From: an uncultured delta proteobacterium
GTDB lineage: Bacteria; Desulfobacterota; Binatia; Binatales; Binataceae
Direction: 5' to 3'
NCBI GenBank assembly: GCA_963711565.1
Contig: CAVQEQ010000003.1
Span: 448,001 to 512,000, forward strand
DNA length: 64,000 bases
Position numbers and translations under genes: made by a program. Positions 17,509 to 29,008 of this stretch are shown here, piece by piece; position 1 is the first letter of the stretch; every line of letters begins with the position of its first letter. The notes below the pieces were generated by a model. The model did no database searches. It worked only from the letters and a program-made list of their open reading frames with translations, and was not told where the DNA came from.

Positions 17509-18117
17509 ATGAGCACACGACCTGCAACGCGCCGCCGCCCGTCAGGAACCCGCAACGGCCCGGCGAAAATCATCAGGATGCCGACTCCAACAGTGGTCCG
17601 CCGGCGCCGTACGATCAAGGCGGGAATTGGGCTCCTCGTGCTCTCGCTGCTCGCCGCGATAATCACCCGCCTGTACATGCTGTACACCGCGCCTCCTTCG
17701 CCCGAAAAGGTGTCGGGTCTGACCGAGCAGGAAACTGAAATCCTCGGTCTGGTGAACCAGCAACGCATTCGCGATGGATTGACGCCACTGAAATTCTCGG
17801 CGCGTCTCGCGGTAATCGCGCGCGGGCACAGTTACGACATGGCGATGCGCCACTACCTCGCGCACAACAGCCCCGACGGGGTTGCGCCCGCGGACAGGAT
17901 CAGCGGCGTCGGTATCGGATACCGCGCAGTCGGTGAGAATATCTACATGGACGATAACGCCGATTCGGCCGGCGTCCCGCGACGCGCGATGGACGGATGG
18001 CTGAAGAGTCCCGAGCATCTCGCCAACATCATCTCGGGCAAGTTCACCGAGACCGGCGTCGGAATCGCCGAGTCGGCCGACGGCAGCACTTACGTTACGC
18101 AGGATTTCGTGCACTGA
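17509..18117 (+). CDS. CAP/SCP-domain protein, membrane anchored
   Basis: LVNQQR..GL.PL, ARGHSYDM, H.SPDG, GENI, WLKSPEH.ANI, GVG, YVTQDF; start could be 17578. Confidence 0.88.
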   Translation: MSTRPATRRRPSGTRNGPAKIIRMPTPTVVRRRRTIKAGIGLLVLSLLAAIITRLYMLYTAPPSPEKVSGLTEQETEILGLVNQQRIRDGLTPLKFSARLAVIARGHSYDMAMRHYLAHNSPDGVAPADRISGVGIGYRAVGENIYMDDNADSAGVPRRAMDGWLKSPEHLANIISGKFTETGVGIAESADGSTYVTQDFVH

Positions 18118-18128
18118 CAGGTGCCGAG

Positions 18129-19127
18129 ATGGATTTCGCCGAACTTGCCGCGCTGGCCTCGGGTCACGCCGAAGCGCGCGCTATTCAGACCGCGCTCAAG
18201 CTGGGAATTTTCGAGATTCTCGACTCCTCGCCGCTCGACAACGTCGCTCTCGCCGACGCCATCTCGGCCAATCGGCGCGCGACGGCTCTGATAGCCAACG
18301 CGATGGTCGCGCTCGGGTTGCTAGTCAAGCGCGCCAATCGCTACTCGCTCACAGCTGCGGCGCGGCGCTACCTGCTCCGCGCGTCCGCCGAATATCTTGG
18401 CGGATTGATTCTGTTCGACGAAGCGATCTTTGAAACCTGGGCGCATCTCGAGCAAACCATTCGCACCGGGGCGCCCGCGCGACCGACCGACATGTTTCAA
18501 AGCCGTCCCGAAGAGACCGAACGATTCATCCGAGCGATGGACAGCCTCACACGCGCCCGCGGCGATCCGATCTACGTCGCCGATCGGCTCGACCTCAGCC
18601 GCGTCTCAAGGTTCGCGGATATCGGCGGCGGCCCGGGAACCTACGCCGTCGCGATGCTTCACCGATGGCCCCACCTGCGCGCCGCGATTTACGATCTCCC
18701 CGCCACTCTCGAAGTTGCCCACCGAATTCTCACCGAGCGCGAGCCCGCGGCGCTGGAGCGCATCGATTTGGTCCGCGTCGATTACCTGTATGATGACATT
18801 CCGGGCCCATGCGGAGCCCTGTTCATGTCGAATATAATCCACAACGAAGATGAGAGGACCAACGCTCAACTGTTGCGCAAATGCTTTCGCGCGCTCGAAC
18901 CGGGCGGCATGATGATCATCAAGGACCACATCATGAACGCCGACCTCACCGAGCCAAGGGCCGGCGCGATTTTCGCGCTGTACCTGCTGATGGCCACGCG
19001 TGGACGCGACTATTCGTTCGACGAGGTTTCCCGATGGCTCGGTGACGCGGGCTTTGTCGATATCCGCCATGAGGCGCTGCCGAGCCCTCCGTTCACGTCC
19101 TCGATGGTGATCGCGCGCAAGCCGTGA
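18129..19127 (+). CDS. SAM-dependent O-methyltransferase (dimerisation domain plus Methyltransf_2)
   Basis: TALKLGIFE, DIGGGPG, YDLP, SNIIHN, L.PGG; start set at ATG 18129. Confidence 0.88.
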   Translation: MDFAELAALASGHAEARAIQTALKLGIFEILDSSPLDNVALADAISANRRATALIANAMVALGLLVKRANRYSLTAAARRYLLRASAEYLGGLILFDEAIFETWAHLEQTIRTGAPARPTDMFQSRPEETERFIRAMDSLTRARGDPIYVADRLDLSRVSRFADIGGGPGTYAVAMLHRWPHLRAAIYDLPATLEVAHRILTEREPAALERIDLVRVDYLYDDIPGPCGALFMSNIIHNEDERTNAQLLRKCFRALEPGGMMIIKDHIMNADLTEPRAGAIFALYLLMATRGRDYSFDEVSRWLGDAGFVDIRHEALPSPPFTSSMVIARKP

Positions 19128-19137
19128 ATCAGCAAGA

Positions 19138-19752
19138 GTGAACCATTTGAGCCTGCACAGAGTCGCGTCAATGGCGATCATAATGCCGCTCGCGGCCGCG
19201 TGCGCGGGATGCGCTCTCGGGGCTGTCGGCATGGTAACCACTGTTGCGCCGATGGTGGCGGCCGGCAGTGCGGAGGTCATCGGGTCCCAAGTCGCGATGA
19301 AAGAGGGCGGCGGCACCGGGGCTACCAAAGAAGACAGCGCCGACCAATGCGATCAACTGCAGCGCGCTCCAATCGGAGTCGAGGAAGTTCGCAAGACCAA
19401 GGACGGTGTGATCGAATCGCGCCAGTGGAAGATCGCCGAGACCAGCGGCGACCCAATCTGGATAGTGGCGCGCACCCAGACCGAGAACTCGGACGAGGAC
19501 GCCTGGCAGCCGAAGCCCGGCATCACCAAGCTCCTCTTCAATCCGCCGCTCTATCAGATGCTCAAGCCCGATAAGCCGCAGTATCTCGCCTACGCTCCAG
19601 CCAACGTCGTCAATGTGTCCGACAGCGAACAGTTTGATTCGATGACCGGGGCGTTTGGCGCCGGCATCGGAACCTTCAAGTGGCGCGATCGCACCTACAG
19701 TTATGTGCTGGTCAAGGAACTGCCCTGCTTCAATCCGGCGAAGGAGAAGTGA
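19138..19752 (+). CDS. Hypothetical lipoprotein
   Basis: Lipobox-like LAAACAGC; normal codon usage; start may be ATG 19171. Confidence 0.6.
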   Translation: MNHLSLHRVASMAIIMPLAAACAGCALGAVGMVTTVAPMVAAGSAEVIGSQVAMKEGGGTGATKEDSADQCDQLQRAPIGVEEVRKTKDGVIESRQWKIAETSGDPIWIVARTQTENSDEDAWQPKPGITKLLFNPPLYQMLKPDKPQYLAYAPANVVNVSDSEQFDSMTGAFGAGIGTFKWRDRTYSYVLVKELPCFNPAKEK

Positions 19753-20707
19753 ATTCGATCCCGTCTCGCGCGACGCTGTCCTGGCTGCGAGCGATCATCA
19801 TCGTCGCGATTTTTTCGCTGGCGATGCTTGCCGTGAGGTCATACTCTCAAAACATGAACGCTGCGCCCGATAATTCGCATCCGCATCCCGATCCCGCATC
19901 GTGGCCCGACAAATCGCTCACGATCGCGAATCTCGGACACGCGACCGTGCTGATGAATTTCTTCGGCACACGCGTACTCTCCGACCCGAGCCTGTTCTCC
20001 CGCGTCGGCATGTCGATCGACTCGATCCTCACGATCGGCCCCAAACGATTCGTCGATCCGCCGCTGGCGCCGGCACAATTGCAGCAACTCGACCTTATAC
20101 TGATCACGCACGCACACATGGACCATCTCGACATTCCGTCGCTCAAAGCCTTGCCGAAGAGCGCCGTCGTGGTCGCATGCGACAAGTGTTCGAAAATCAT
20201 CGCACCGCTCGGCTTCAAGGACGTCCGCGAACTCAAGTGGGGCGAGTCAACCGTCGTCAAAGGACTCACTATCCGCGCGATGGGTGCGCGGCATTGGGCC
20301 GGCGATGGCCTCCCTTCGGCGAAGACTACGGCTTCAATAGTTACGTGCTCGAAAAGAACGGACGCCGGATGCTGCTCGCGTGCGACAGTGCCGACACCGA
20401 CTTGTTCGCGAGCCTCGCGGCGACGCCGCCCGATGTCGCGGTGTTCTCGATCGGCGCCTACGACCCGTGGATTCTAAATCACGCAAATCCCGAACAGGTC
20501 TGGGCGATGTTCCAATCGACGCGCGCGCACTATCTCGTGCCGATTCACTGGGGCACCTTCAAGCTATCAAAGGAGCCGATGGAAGAGCCGTTGCAGCGGC
20601 TAATCAAATCAGCCGGCGATCAGCAGGATAGGATCGTACTGCGTCAGATCGGCGGAACCTGGACGATGCCCATGTCGGCCGAGTCGCGCCAAGCCGCTGG
20701 GCGGTAG
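19749..20707 (+). pseudogene. MBL-fold metallo-hydrolase (RomA/NAPE-PLD-like) split by a one-base deletion at the G run 20296-20298
   Basis: LGHAT, THAHMDHLD and ARHW in one frame; GRRWPP...IGAYDP...HANPE...PIHWGTF.L in another; SD AAGGAG before GTG 19749; probably an assembly error. Confidence 0.85.
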
Positions 20708-20763
20708 CAGTCGGGAAGCAGAATCTTGAGTCGCGCGCGACAAGATCGCGCGCTGTATAAGGA

Positions 20764-20823
20764 CCCTCACCCTTCGGCAGGCTCAGGGCAGGCTCTTCGA
20801 TCCTCTCCCATTCTGGGAGAGGG
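20764..20823. repeat. REP-like palindromic element
   Basis: CCCTCACCC...CCTCTCCCA-TTC-TGGGAGAGG, the same family as 38471-38594; lies between convergent genes. Confidence 0.7.
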
Positions 20824-20877
20824 GAAGATGCGCGGCGCAGTTGTGCAAAGGTCTCCTTGAAGGGAAGGGCTCTGATC

Positions 20878-21693
20878 TTAGACAGAGAGATTTCGAGTAG
20901 CCAGAATTTCTTGAGCTGGAGTCCTATCGCCCGTGCAGTTAATTAGTCGGGGAGCGGTAAGGAACGTAACTGCGTATCCCAAATCTTTATATAACTCTCG
21001 TATTCGATCGGTTGCCTGATTTGACAGGACGACGGGACCGGGATGTCGCGCAAGCCATTGGGCCAGTCGGACTTGATCGTCCCATTTGAAATTTTCCTTT
21101 GAATAGGAAGTGAACTGGACGTCGTATGGTGGATCTGCATAGACGAAGTCGTCGTGGCGCAATGATAGCTCTTCGAAATCGACGCAGGTGAAGTCCCATT
21201 CCGCGAAGGCCGAAACGTATTCTATGAAATCGGTCTTGTAGGTCAGTTTCTTATAGCGGCCGAAAGGAACGTTGAATTCTCCCTTGCTGTTGAATCGGCA
21301 TAGACCGTTGTAGCAGGTGCGATTGAGATAGTAAAAAATGCCGGCCGCTTCCTCAGCGTCTGCCTTATTTTCGCGGATGAGTTGGTTGAAGCGGCTTCGT
21401 TGTTTGTAGAAGCAAGCCTGATCGTTCTGCATCTCAAGCGGGATCCTAAGACCGCGCTTTAGCCAGCTATAGAAGTTGATCGTATGAGGGTTGAGATCAT
21501 TGATCAGCGCTCTTTCCGGCGCGAGGCCCAGCGATACCGCCAAGCCGCCGCATAGGGGTTCGACCAATCGGCGCCTTCGATGAGAGTCCCATAGCGGAAT
21601 CAGATGCGGCACGAGCCATCGCTTGCCACCCGCCCATTTCAAAGGAGGTCTTGGATTAGCGCGACTCTCTACCGCTTCGACAACCGCCGCCAC
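20878..21693 (-). CDS. dam: Dam-type DNA adenine methyltransferase (D12 class, probably GATC)
   Basis: PLKWAGGK, YLNRTCYNGLCRFNSKGEFNVPFGRY (Dam target-recognition hairpin), YADPPY; visibly AT-richer than flanks. Confidence 0.9.
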   Translation of the reverse strand: MAAVVEAVESRANPRPPLKWAGGKRWLVPHLIPLWDSHRRRRLVEPLCGGLAVSLGLAPERALINDLNPHTINFYSWLKRGLRIPLEMQNDQACFYKQRSRFNQLIRENKADAEEAAGIFYYLNRTCYNGLCRFNSKGEFNVPFGRYKKLTYKTDFIEYVSAFAEWDFTCVDFEELSLRHDDFVYADPPYDVQFTSYSKENFKWDDQVRLAQWLARHPGPVVLSNQATDRIRELYKDLGYAVTFLTAPRLINCTGDRTPAQEILATRNLSV

Positions 21694-21703
21694 TTATCGT
21701 CCT

Positions 21704-23317
21704 TCAGACACGCTTGCGCTTTTTGGAGAGATAATCGACCAGCATGTATTCGCCTAGATGATCGGGACGGGTGAATAGCGCGCGGCCTCGATTGATCTGC
21801 GTCATCTTGTCCACGAAGGCGCGCAGACTCGGCGAATCGTCGAGCATGAAGGTGTTGATCGTGATTCCCTTGCGCGTGATCCGCTCGACTTCCTTCAGCG
21901 TCTCCTGCGCCGCGCGCATGCTGATGCCGCCGAACGACAGCGGCCATTCGCAGTAGAGTCGCTTGTTCAGGAAGTACGCGGTCGGCTGCCCGTCGGTGAT
22001 CACGATGATGTGCTGATTGCGCGACGGATGGCGTCCGAGCAAATCCGAGGCGAGGCGCAGACCGTCCTGCAAGTTGGTGAACGGGTCGCCCATATTCCAC
22101 GACGCTTCGGGCAGATCCTTGAGCTTCAATTCGACGGCGCGCGTGTAAAAACCGACGATCGAGAAGAAGTCGCGCGGGAACTTCGAGCGAATCAGCGTCT
22201 CCATCGCCATCGCGACTTTCTTCGCCGCCGCAAATCGCCCTTCCCAGCTCATCGACCACGACATGTCGAGGCACAGCACCGTCGATGACGAACTGGCGTA
22301 ATCGTTTTCGTAAATCTCGAAATCTTCGGGCCGCAACTCCAGCGGCACGCCGGCCTTCCGCGCCAGCGCATGCTTGAGCGTCGCGACCAGGTTCAGATTC
22401 AGCGGATCGCCGAAGGCATACGGCTTGGTCTGCTCGGGACGCATCTCGGTGACGCCGCGATGGTCCGTGACGTGACCGCCGGATCGATCCTTGAGCAGGT
22501 TCTGGTAAATGTCGCGCAGCGCCAGTTGCCCGATTCGACGTACGCCCTTGGGCGAGAGCTGAAAATGATCGCCCTTCGGCACCATGTAGCCCGATTGCGT
22601 CAAAAGCAGCATCACTTGCTTTAAATTCTGAAAATCCTTGCTCGCCTGCTGCCCCAGGATCTGTTGCAGGTCTTCCATCGAGATCGTGTCGAAGTTGCCC
22701 GACATCAGGTCCTGCTCGAGCTGACGCATCCGCTCCATCTCGCGCATCAGGTCGAGCGCGTCGTCATAGCCGAGGCTCTTCGGACCGTGGAACATGTGCT
22801 GATTGCGATCGCGGAAATTCTCGAGATCGCGGATATTTTCGTATTCTTCGAGCAGCGCGTCGAAGTCCTCTTTCGCCTGCGCGTCCTCGAATTCGTGGCT
22901 TTCGAGCTTGCGCATCGCCTCCGACAGCCGGCGCGGCATGCGCGACAGCTCGCGCTGTTTTTCCTCGATGCCCGGCTTCTGGCCCTTGAGCGACTCGAGC
23001 TTGGCGCGCTCGCGATTCAGGATGTCCTCGAGCTTCTGCTCCATCTCGGACAGCGCGTTCTTGAGGTTGAAGTCGCGATAGCGCTGGCGCATCTCCTGCC
23101 GCAACTGCTCGATAAACTCCTCGAGCCCCATCACCTTGACGCCGTCGAAGTCCATCCCCTGCCGCATCATCCAGTCCATCGCTTGGCGCACGTCGTCGGT
23201 GTAAGAGAGATACTCGGCGAGCTTCTCGAACACCTTGTCGGCGTCGAGCTTGAGCCGCTGCGTCCCGTCCCACTGCGTGTAGCGGGTGACTACGGCGGCC
23301 ATTTCCCGGCGTGTCAT
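21704..23317 (-). CDS. VWA-domain protein (partner of the adjacent AAA+ ATPase)
   Basis: MIDAS motif DMSWSM, TNLQDGL, ITDGQPT; long helical N-terminus; start could be 23302. Confidence 0.88.
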   Translation of the reverse strand: MTRREMAAVVTRYTQWDGTQRLKLDADKVFEKLAEYLSYTDDVRQAMDWMMRQGMDFDGVKVMGLEEFIEQLRQEMRQRYRDFNLKNALSEMEQKLEDILNRERAKLESLKGQKPGIEEKQRELSRMPRRLSEAMRKLESHEFEDAQAKEDFDALLEEYENIRDLENFRDRNQHMFHGPKSLGYDDALDLMREMERMRQLEQDLMSGNFDTISMEDLQQILGQQASKDFQNLKQVMLLLTQSGYMVPKGDHFQLSPKGVRRIGQLALRDIYQNLLKDRSGGHVTDHRGVTEMRPEQTKPYAFGDPLNLNLVATLKHALARKAGVPLELRPEDFEIYENDYASSSSTVLCLDMSWSMSWEGRFAAAKKVAMAMETLIRSKFPRDFFSIVGFYTRAVELKLKDLPEASWNMGDPFTNLQDGLRLASDLLGRHPSRNQHIIVITDGQPTAYFLNKRLYCEWPLSFGGISMRAAQETLKEVERITRKGITINTFMLDDSPSLRAFVDKMTQINRGRALFTRPDHLGEYMLVDYLSKKRKRV

Positions 23318-24723
23318 GCGTGGTAGGCGAAGCGCCCGCCCTGGCGATCCTTGTTGAGCTTCTGATGCAGATGCAGGCCCTCGAAAATGAATTCGCTCGC
23401 CGCGGCCATCAGCCCCGGCGTCTCGAACGGCCCGAGCAGTGTGATCACTTCGCGCAGTCCGGTCACCTCGCGCAGCGGTTCCATGTATTCCGACGACGGC
23501 GCGCTGTCCGAGACCTCGACGCCCCAGCCCTGCTCGAAGTAGCTCGAAATTTTCTTCAAATCGTCGAGCTTCAAATACTTGTCGAAGACCTTCAGCACGG
23601 CGCGGTTGATCAGCCGCTCGATCAGATCGTCTTCCTTCTTGTCCTCGCCGACATATTCGAGCTCGATCTTGCCGGCGGTCAACGCGTACAGGGAATGCAA
23701 ATCGGAAATTCGCGGCACGATCTCGTTCTCCGAGTTGCGCACCGCGCGCTTCTCGGCGTTGGAGATCGCCGATTCGTAATTGTTGATCGTGACGCGCACC
23801 GACACGCCCGACGATTGATTGATCTCGTTCGATGCGCGCGCCTCGAACGTGATCTGCGCCAGGATGTCCTTCATGAACTGCGGAATCCGCACGTCAACGC
23901 CCGAGCGCGGCGGATGCGCCGCTTCCTGCTCCATGATCACGATCTCGTGCTCGATCGTCTTGGGATAGTGCGTGCGAATCTGGATATCGAAGCGATCCTT
24001 CAGCGGCGTGATGATACGGCCGCGCGAGGTGTAGTCCTCGGGATTCGCGCTCGCGACGAACACCACGTCCACCGCCAGCCGAATCTTGTAGCCCTTGATC
24101 TGGACGTCCTTCTCTTCCATCAGGTTGAACAGTCCGACCTGCACCTTCTCGGTGAGGTCGGGCAATTCGTTGATTGCGAAGATGCCGCGATTGGTCCGCG
24201 GGATCAGGCCGTAGTGGATGGTTTCCTCGTCGGCCAGGTAGCGCCCTTCGGCTACTTTGATCGGATCGATCTCTCCGATCAGGTCCGCAACTGAAACGTC
24301 GGGCGTCGCGAGCTTTTCCGCGTATCGCGAGTCGCGCCCGATCCATGCGATTTCGAGGGCGTCGCCCTTCGCCTCTTTCAGCTTCACGCATCGGCGGCAT
24401 ATCGGTGCAAACGGATCGTCATTTATCTCACAGCCCGCGGCCACCGGCACGTATTCGTCAAGCAAGCCCACCAGCGATCTGATGATTCGCGACTTCGCCT
24501 GCCCGCGCTCGCCGAGAAAGATCATGTGATGGCCCGCGAGCACGCCGTTTTCGATCTCCGGCACTACGGTTTCCTCGTAGCCCACGATCCCGGGCAGGAT
24601 TTGCTCCTTGCTACGCAGCCGCTCGAGCAAATTCTTGCGCATCTCCATCCGCACCGGCATGGTCTGGTAGCCCGCGCTCTTGAGTTCGCCCAGCGTCCGG
24701 ATCTTCAGCAGTTTTTCATTCAT
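23314..24723 (-). CDS. Magnesium-chelatase-like AAA+ ATPase
   Basis: GERGQAKS Walker A, FAINELPDL Walker B variant, SANPEDYT.RGRIITPLKDRF, SGVSVR. Confidence 0.88.
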   Translation of the reverse strand: MNEKLLKIRTLGELKSAGYQTMPVRMEMRKNLLERLRSKEQILPGIVGYEETVVPEIENGVLAGHHMIFLGERGQAKSRIIRSLVGLLDEYVPVAAGCEINDDPFAPICRRCVKLKEAKGDALEIAWIGRDSRYAEKLATPDVSVADLIGEIDPIKVAEGRYLADEETIHYGLIPRTNRGIFAINELPDLTEKVQVGLFNLMEEKDVQIKGYKIRLAVDVVFVASANPEDYTSRGRIITPLKDRFDIQIRTHYPKTIEHEIVIMEQEAAHPPRSGVDVRIPQFMKDILAQITFEARASNEINQSSGVSVRVTINNYESAISNAEKRAVRNSENEIVPRISDLHSLYALTAGKIELEYVGEDKKEDDLIERLINRAVLKVFDKYLKLDDLKKISSYFEQGWGVEVSDSAPSSEYMEPLREVTGLREVITLLGPFETPGLMAAASEFIFEGLHLHQKLNKDRQGGRFAYHA

Positions 24724-24753
24724 CGCGAATCCCGCAGTCCTGATCAGTCGATA

Positions 24754-25329
24754 TTAAGATAATTCAGCGCCGAGGTTTTTGAAAATCGGCCGCAGTTGCC
24801 CGTAACTGTCTTCCAAACTCTGTGATAGCACACGGGTTGAGGCAAGTACCGGCATAAAATTGTTGTCGCCGCCCCAGCGCGGCACCACGTGCCAGTGCAT
24901 GTGATCGGCGAACCCGGCGCCCGCCGCTCCGCCCAGGTTGGCGCCGACGTTCAACGCCTGCGGATGCAGCGTTTCGCGTACCCGCTTTATCGCTGCTGCG
25001 ACCGCTTCGGCAACCATCGCTCGCTCCGACCGCGCCAGCAGCTCCGGCGACGCGACATGCCTTCGCGGCGCAACCATTATATGTCCGTTGTTGTAGGGGT
25101 ACTTGTTGAGCATCACGAGCACATCGCGATTCTCGAACAGCACCAGCAGTTCCCGCCGCTCGGCATCGGAGAGCCGGCCGAAGCAGAAGATGCATTCCAT
25201 GGGGTCGGAGCGGACGCCGCGCAGATACTCGTATCGCCACGGCGCCCACAGGCGGATGCCTTCGGCGGGAATCACCGCTGCGTCGCGCCGCTTGACTGAC
25301 CGCTTAACGGGCCGCTTCTTCGGCGCCAT
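24754..25329 (-). CDS. HIT-family protein (Ap4A phosphorylase-like)
   Basis: LWAPWR, CIFC, LNKYPYNNGH, HMHWHVVPRW; start set at ATG 25329. Confidence 0.88.
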   Translation of the reverse strand: MAPKKRPVKRSVKRRDAAVIPAEGIRLWAPWRYEYLRGVRSDPMECIFCFGRLSDAERRELLVLFENRDVLVMLNKYPYNNGHIMVAPRRHVASPELLARSERAMVAEAVAAAIKRVRETLHPQALNVGANLGGAAGAGFADHMHWHVVPRWGGDNNFMPVLASTRVLSQSLEDSYGQLRPIFKNLGAELS

Positions 25330-25600
25330 TAACTTCGATTCGGAGTTCCTTGCCCGCGCGGAAGAACGGAATCTGCTTGGCATCGACGCTGACCAACTGC
25401 CCGGTCTTGGGATTGCGGCCCTGGCGCGCGCGACGCTGCTTTACGGCGAAGCTGCCGAAGCCGCGGATTTCGATCCGCTCGCCGCGCATCAGCGAGTTGG
25501 CCATCGCGTCGAACATCGCATTGACGATCGTCTCCGACTCGCGATGTGTAAACCGGTGCCGGCGCGCCAATAGTTCTTCGATGATTTCCCGCTTGGTCAT
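25304..25600 (-). CDS. ihfB: Integration host factor subunit beta
   Basis: MTKREII...GERIEIRGFGSF...GRNPKTG...PFFRAGKELR; downstream of rpsA. Confidence 0.88.
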   Translation of the reverse strand: MTKREIIEELLARRHRFTHRESETIVNAMFDAMANSLMRGERIEIRGFGSFAVKQRRARQGRNPKTGQLVSVDAKQIPFFRAGKELRIEVNGAEEAAR

Positions 25601-25648
25601 CGATCCCGCCGCCGTCCGCGCCAAGCGAGGATCCAGGCGGCCTCCCGC

Positions 25649-27391
<1,743 letters not shown>

Positions 27392-27449
27392 TTAGGGGGA
27401 CCTTCCGGGATTCCGGGACATCGGGGCTGCTGCAATCCTTACAACCGGG

Positions 27450-28148
27450 CTAGGCTCGTTTCAAGTCCTTGGCGGCGTTGATTCGAGCGTTAATCTTCGC
27501 TTTCATCGCCGCGACCACCGCGTCGATCGAAAGTTTCGTTGAGTCTATCTCAATCGCATCGTCCGCGCGCTTGAGCGGCGCCAGTTCGCGCCCGCTGTCA
27601 CGGCGGTCGCGCTCGATCATTTGTTCGAGCACTTCATGCTCGGTGATCGACGCGCCCTTTTTCTTCAATTCGTCAAATCTGCGGCGCGCGCGCGTGTTCA
27701 CGTCGGCGACCAGAAAGAACTTGAACTCGGCATCGGGAAAAATTGCGGTGCCGATATCGCGTCCTTCCATCACGACCCCGCCGTCCGCGCCCGCCGCGCG
27801 CTGCAACTCGCGCATCCGCGCACGCACCGGGCCAAGCGCCGAGAATCGCGAGGCCAGCTCGCCGATGTCAGGCTCATCCTTCTTCGCGCTCACGTCGTGG
27901 CCGTTGAGCATGATCTTCTCGCCGTCGAACTTGATCTCGATAGCAGCGAGCACCGGCGCGAGTCGCGCTTCGACGTTCGCGTCGTCCGGGCTGACGCCCG
28001 CTTCGCGCGCCGCGATCGCGACCGCTCGATACATCGCGCCCGTGTTCAGATATGAGTATCCAAGTTCGCGGGCGAGTTCGCGCGCCGCCACGGATTTTCC
28101 CGCGCCGACCGGGCCGTCAATCGCGACTATTGGTTCTCGGCGGCTCAT
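27450..28148 (-). CDS. cmk: Cytidylate kinase
   Basis: AIDGPVGAGKS, TGAMYRA, VMEGRDIGT..FPDA, RDRRD..R..APL. Confidence 0.96.
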   Translation of the reverse strand: MSRREPIVAIDGPVGAGKSVAARELARELGYSYLNTGAMYRAVAIAAREAGVSPDDANVEARLAPVLAAIEIKFDGEKIMLNGHDVSAKKDEPDIGELASRFSALGPVRARMRELQRAAGADGGVVMEGRDIGTAIFPDAEFKFFLVADVNTRARRRFDELKKKGASITEHEVLEQMIERDRRDSGRELAPLKRADDAIEIDSTKLSIDAVVAAMKAKINARINAAKDLKRA

Positions 28149-29008
28149 CTTATCTTTTCCCGCATCGCGCGGCCGCGATTGAAAATCTTCTCGACGCCTT
28201 CGCTATCGCCGGCTTCGACCGCACGCTGAAATTCGGCGAACGTGTGCCCGTAAAGTTTCAGCGCCGCGGTAATCGCCTCGCGATTCGTTGCAAAGATATC
28301 GCGCCACATCTCCCACGACGACGCCGCCAGCCGCGTCGTATCACGCAGTCCGCCCGCTCCATACTCTGCTGCAAACTTGTCGCCGACCTTCTCGCTCGCC
28401 AGCGCCGCCGCCAGCGCGCTCGACACCGCCTGCGGCAGATGACTCGAGCGCGCGAGGATCGCGTCATGCGTGGCGGCGTCCATCATCTCGACGCAGGCAC
28501 CGGTCTCGTCCCACAATTGTTCGATCTTATTGATTGCCGCGGGCGTGCTTTTGGCGGACGGCGTGAGAATGACGCGACGGTCACGAAACAGAGCAGGGTC
28601 GGCAGCCGCCGCGCCGGTGGTTTCCTTGCCGGCGACCGGATGCGCCGCGACCAGCGAACGCTTGCCAGTGATCAACGGCTCAAGCTCGCGGACGACATAT
28701 TGCTTCACGCTGCCCACGTCGGTGACCACTGCGTCGGGTGCTGTGTGCTCGATCATTTTTTCCAGCGTCGCGCGCATCGTCAGTATCGGCACCGCCAGCA
28801 CGATCAGGTCCGCACCGCGCGCCGCCTCGACCGGATCGCGCGTCGCGACATCGATCATACCGCGCTCGAGCGCCACGTCGAGGTTGGCCTGCGACCGTCC
28901 AAGGCCGACGACCTTACCGACGACGCCCGCGCGCTTGGCGATCAACGCTAGAGAGCCGCCAATCAGCCCAACTCCGCACACGGTCATCTGGCGAAATAGT
29001 TGCGCCAT
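28145..29008 (-). CDS. tyrA: Prephenate/arogenate dehydrogenase
   Basis: GVGLIGGS, TDVGSVK, HPVAG.E, HD......SHLP, GLRDTTRLA; start set at ATG 29008. Confidence 0.92.
   Translation of the reverse strand: MAQLFRQMTVCGVGLIGGSLALIAKRAGVVGKVVGLGRSQANLDVALERGMIDVATRDPVEAARGADLIVLAVPILTMRATLEKMIEHTAPDAVVTDVGSVKQYVVRELEPLITGKRSLVAAHPVAGKETTGAAAADPALFRDRRVILTPSAKSTPAAINKIEQLWDETGACVEMMDAATHDAILARSSHLPQAVSSALAAALASEKVGDKFAAEYGAGGLRDTTRLAASSWEMWRDIFATNREAITAALKLYGHTFAEFQRAVEAGDSEGVEKIFNRGRAMREKIR

Noticed and set aside
20878-24723. Dam + VWA + AAA read as an anti-phage defence system
   Set aside because: The AAA/VWA pair has native composition and resembles a widespread chelatase-like pair; there is no nuclease or other defence gene, and only dam looks foreign.
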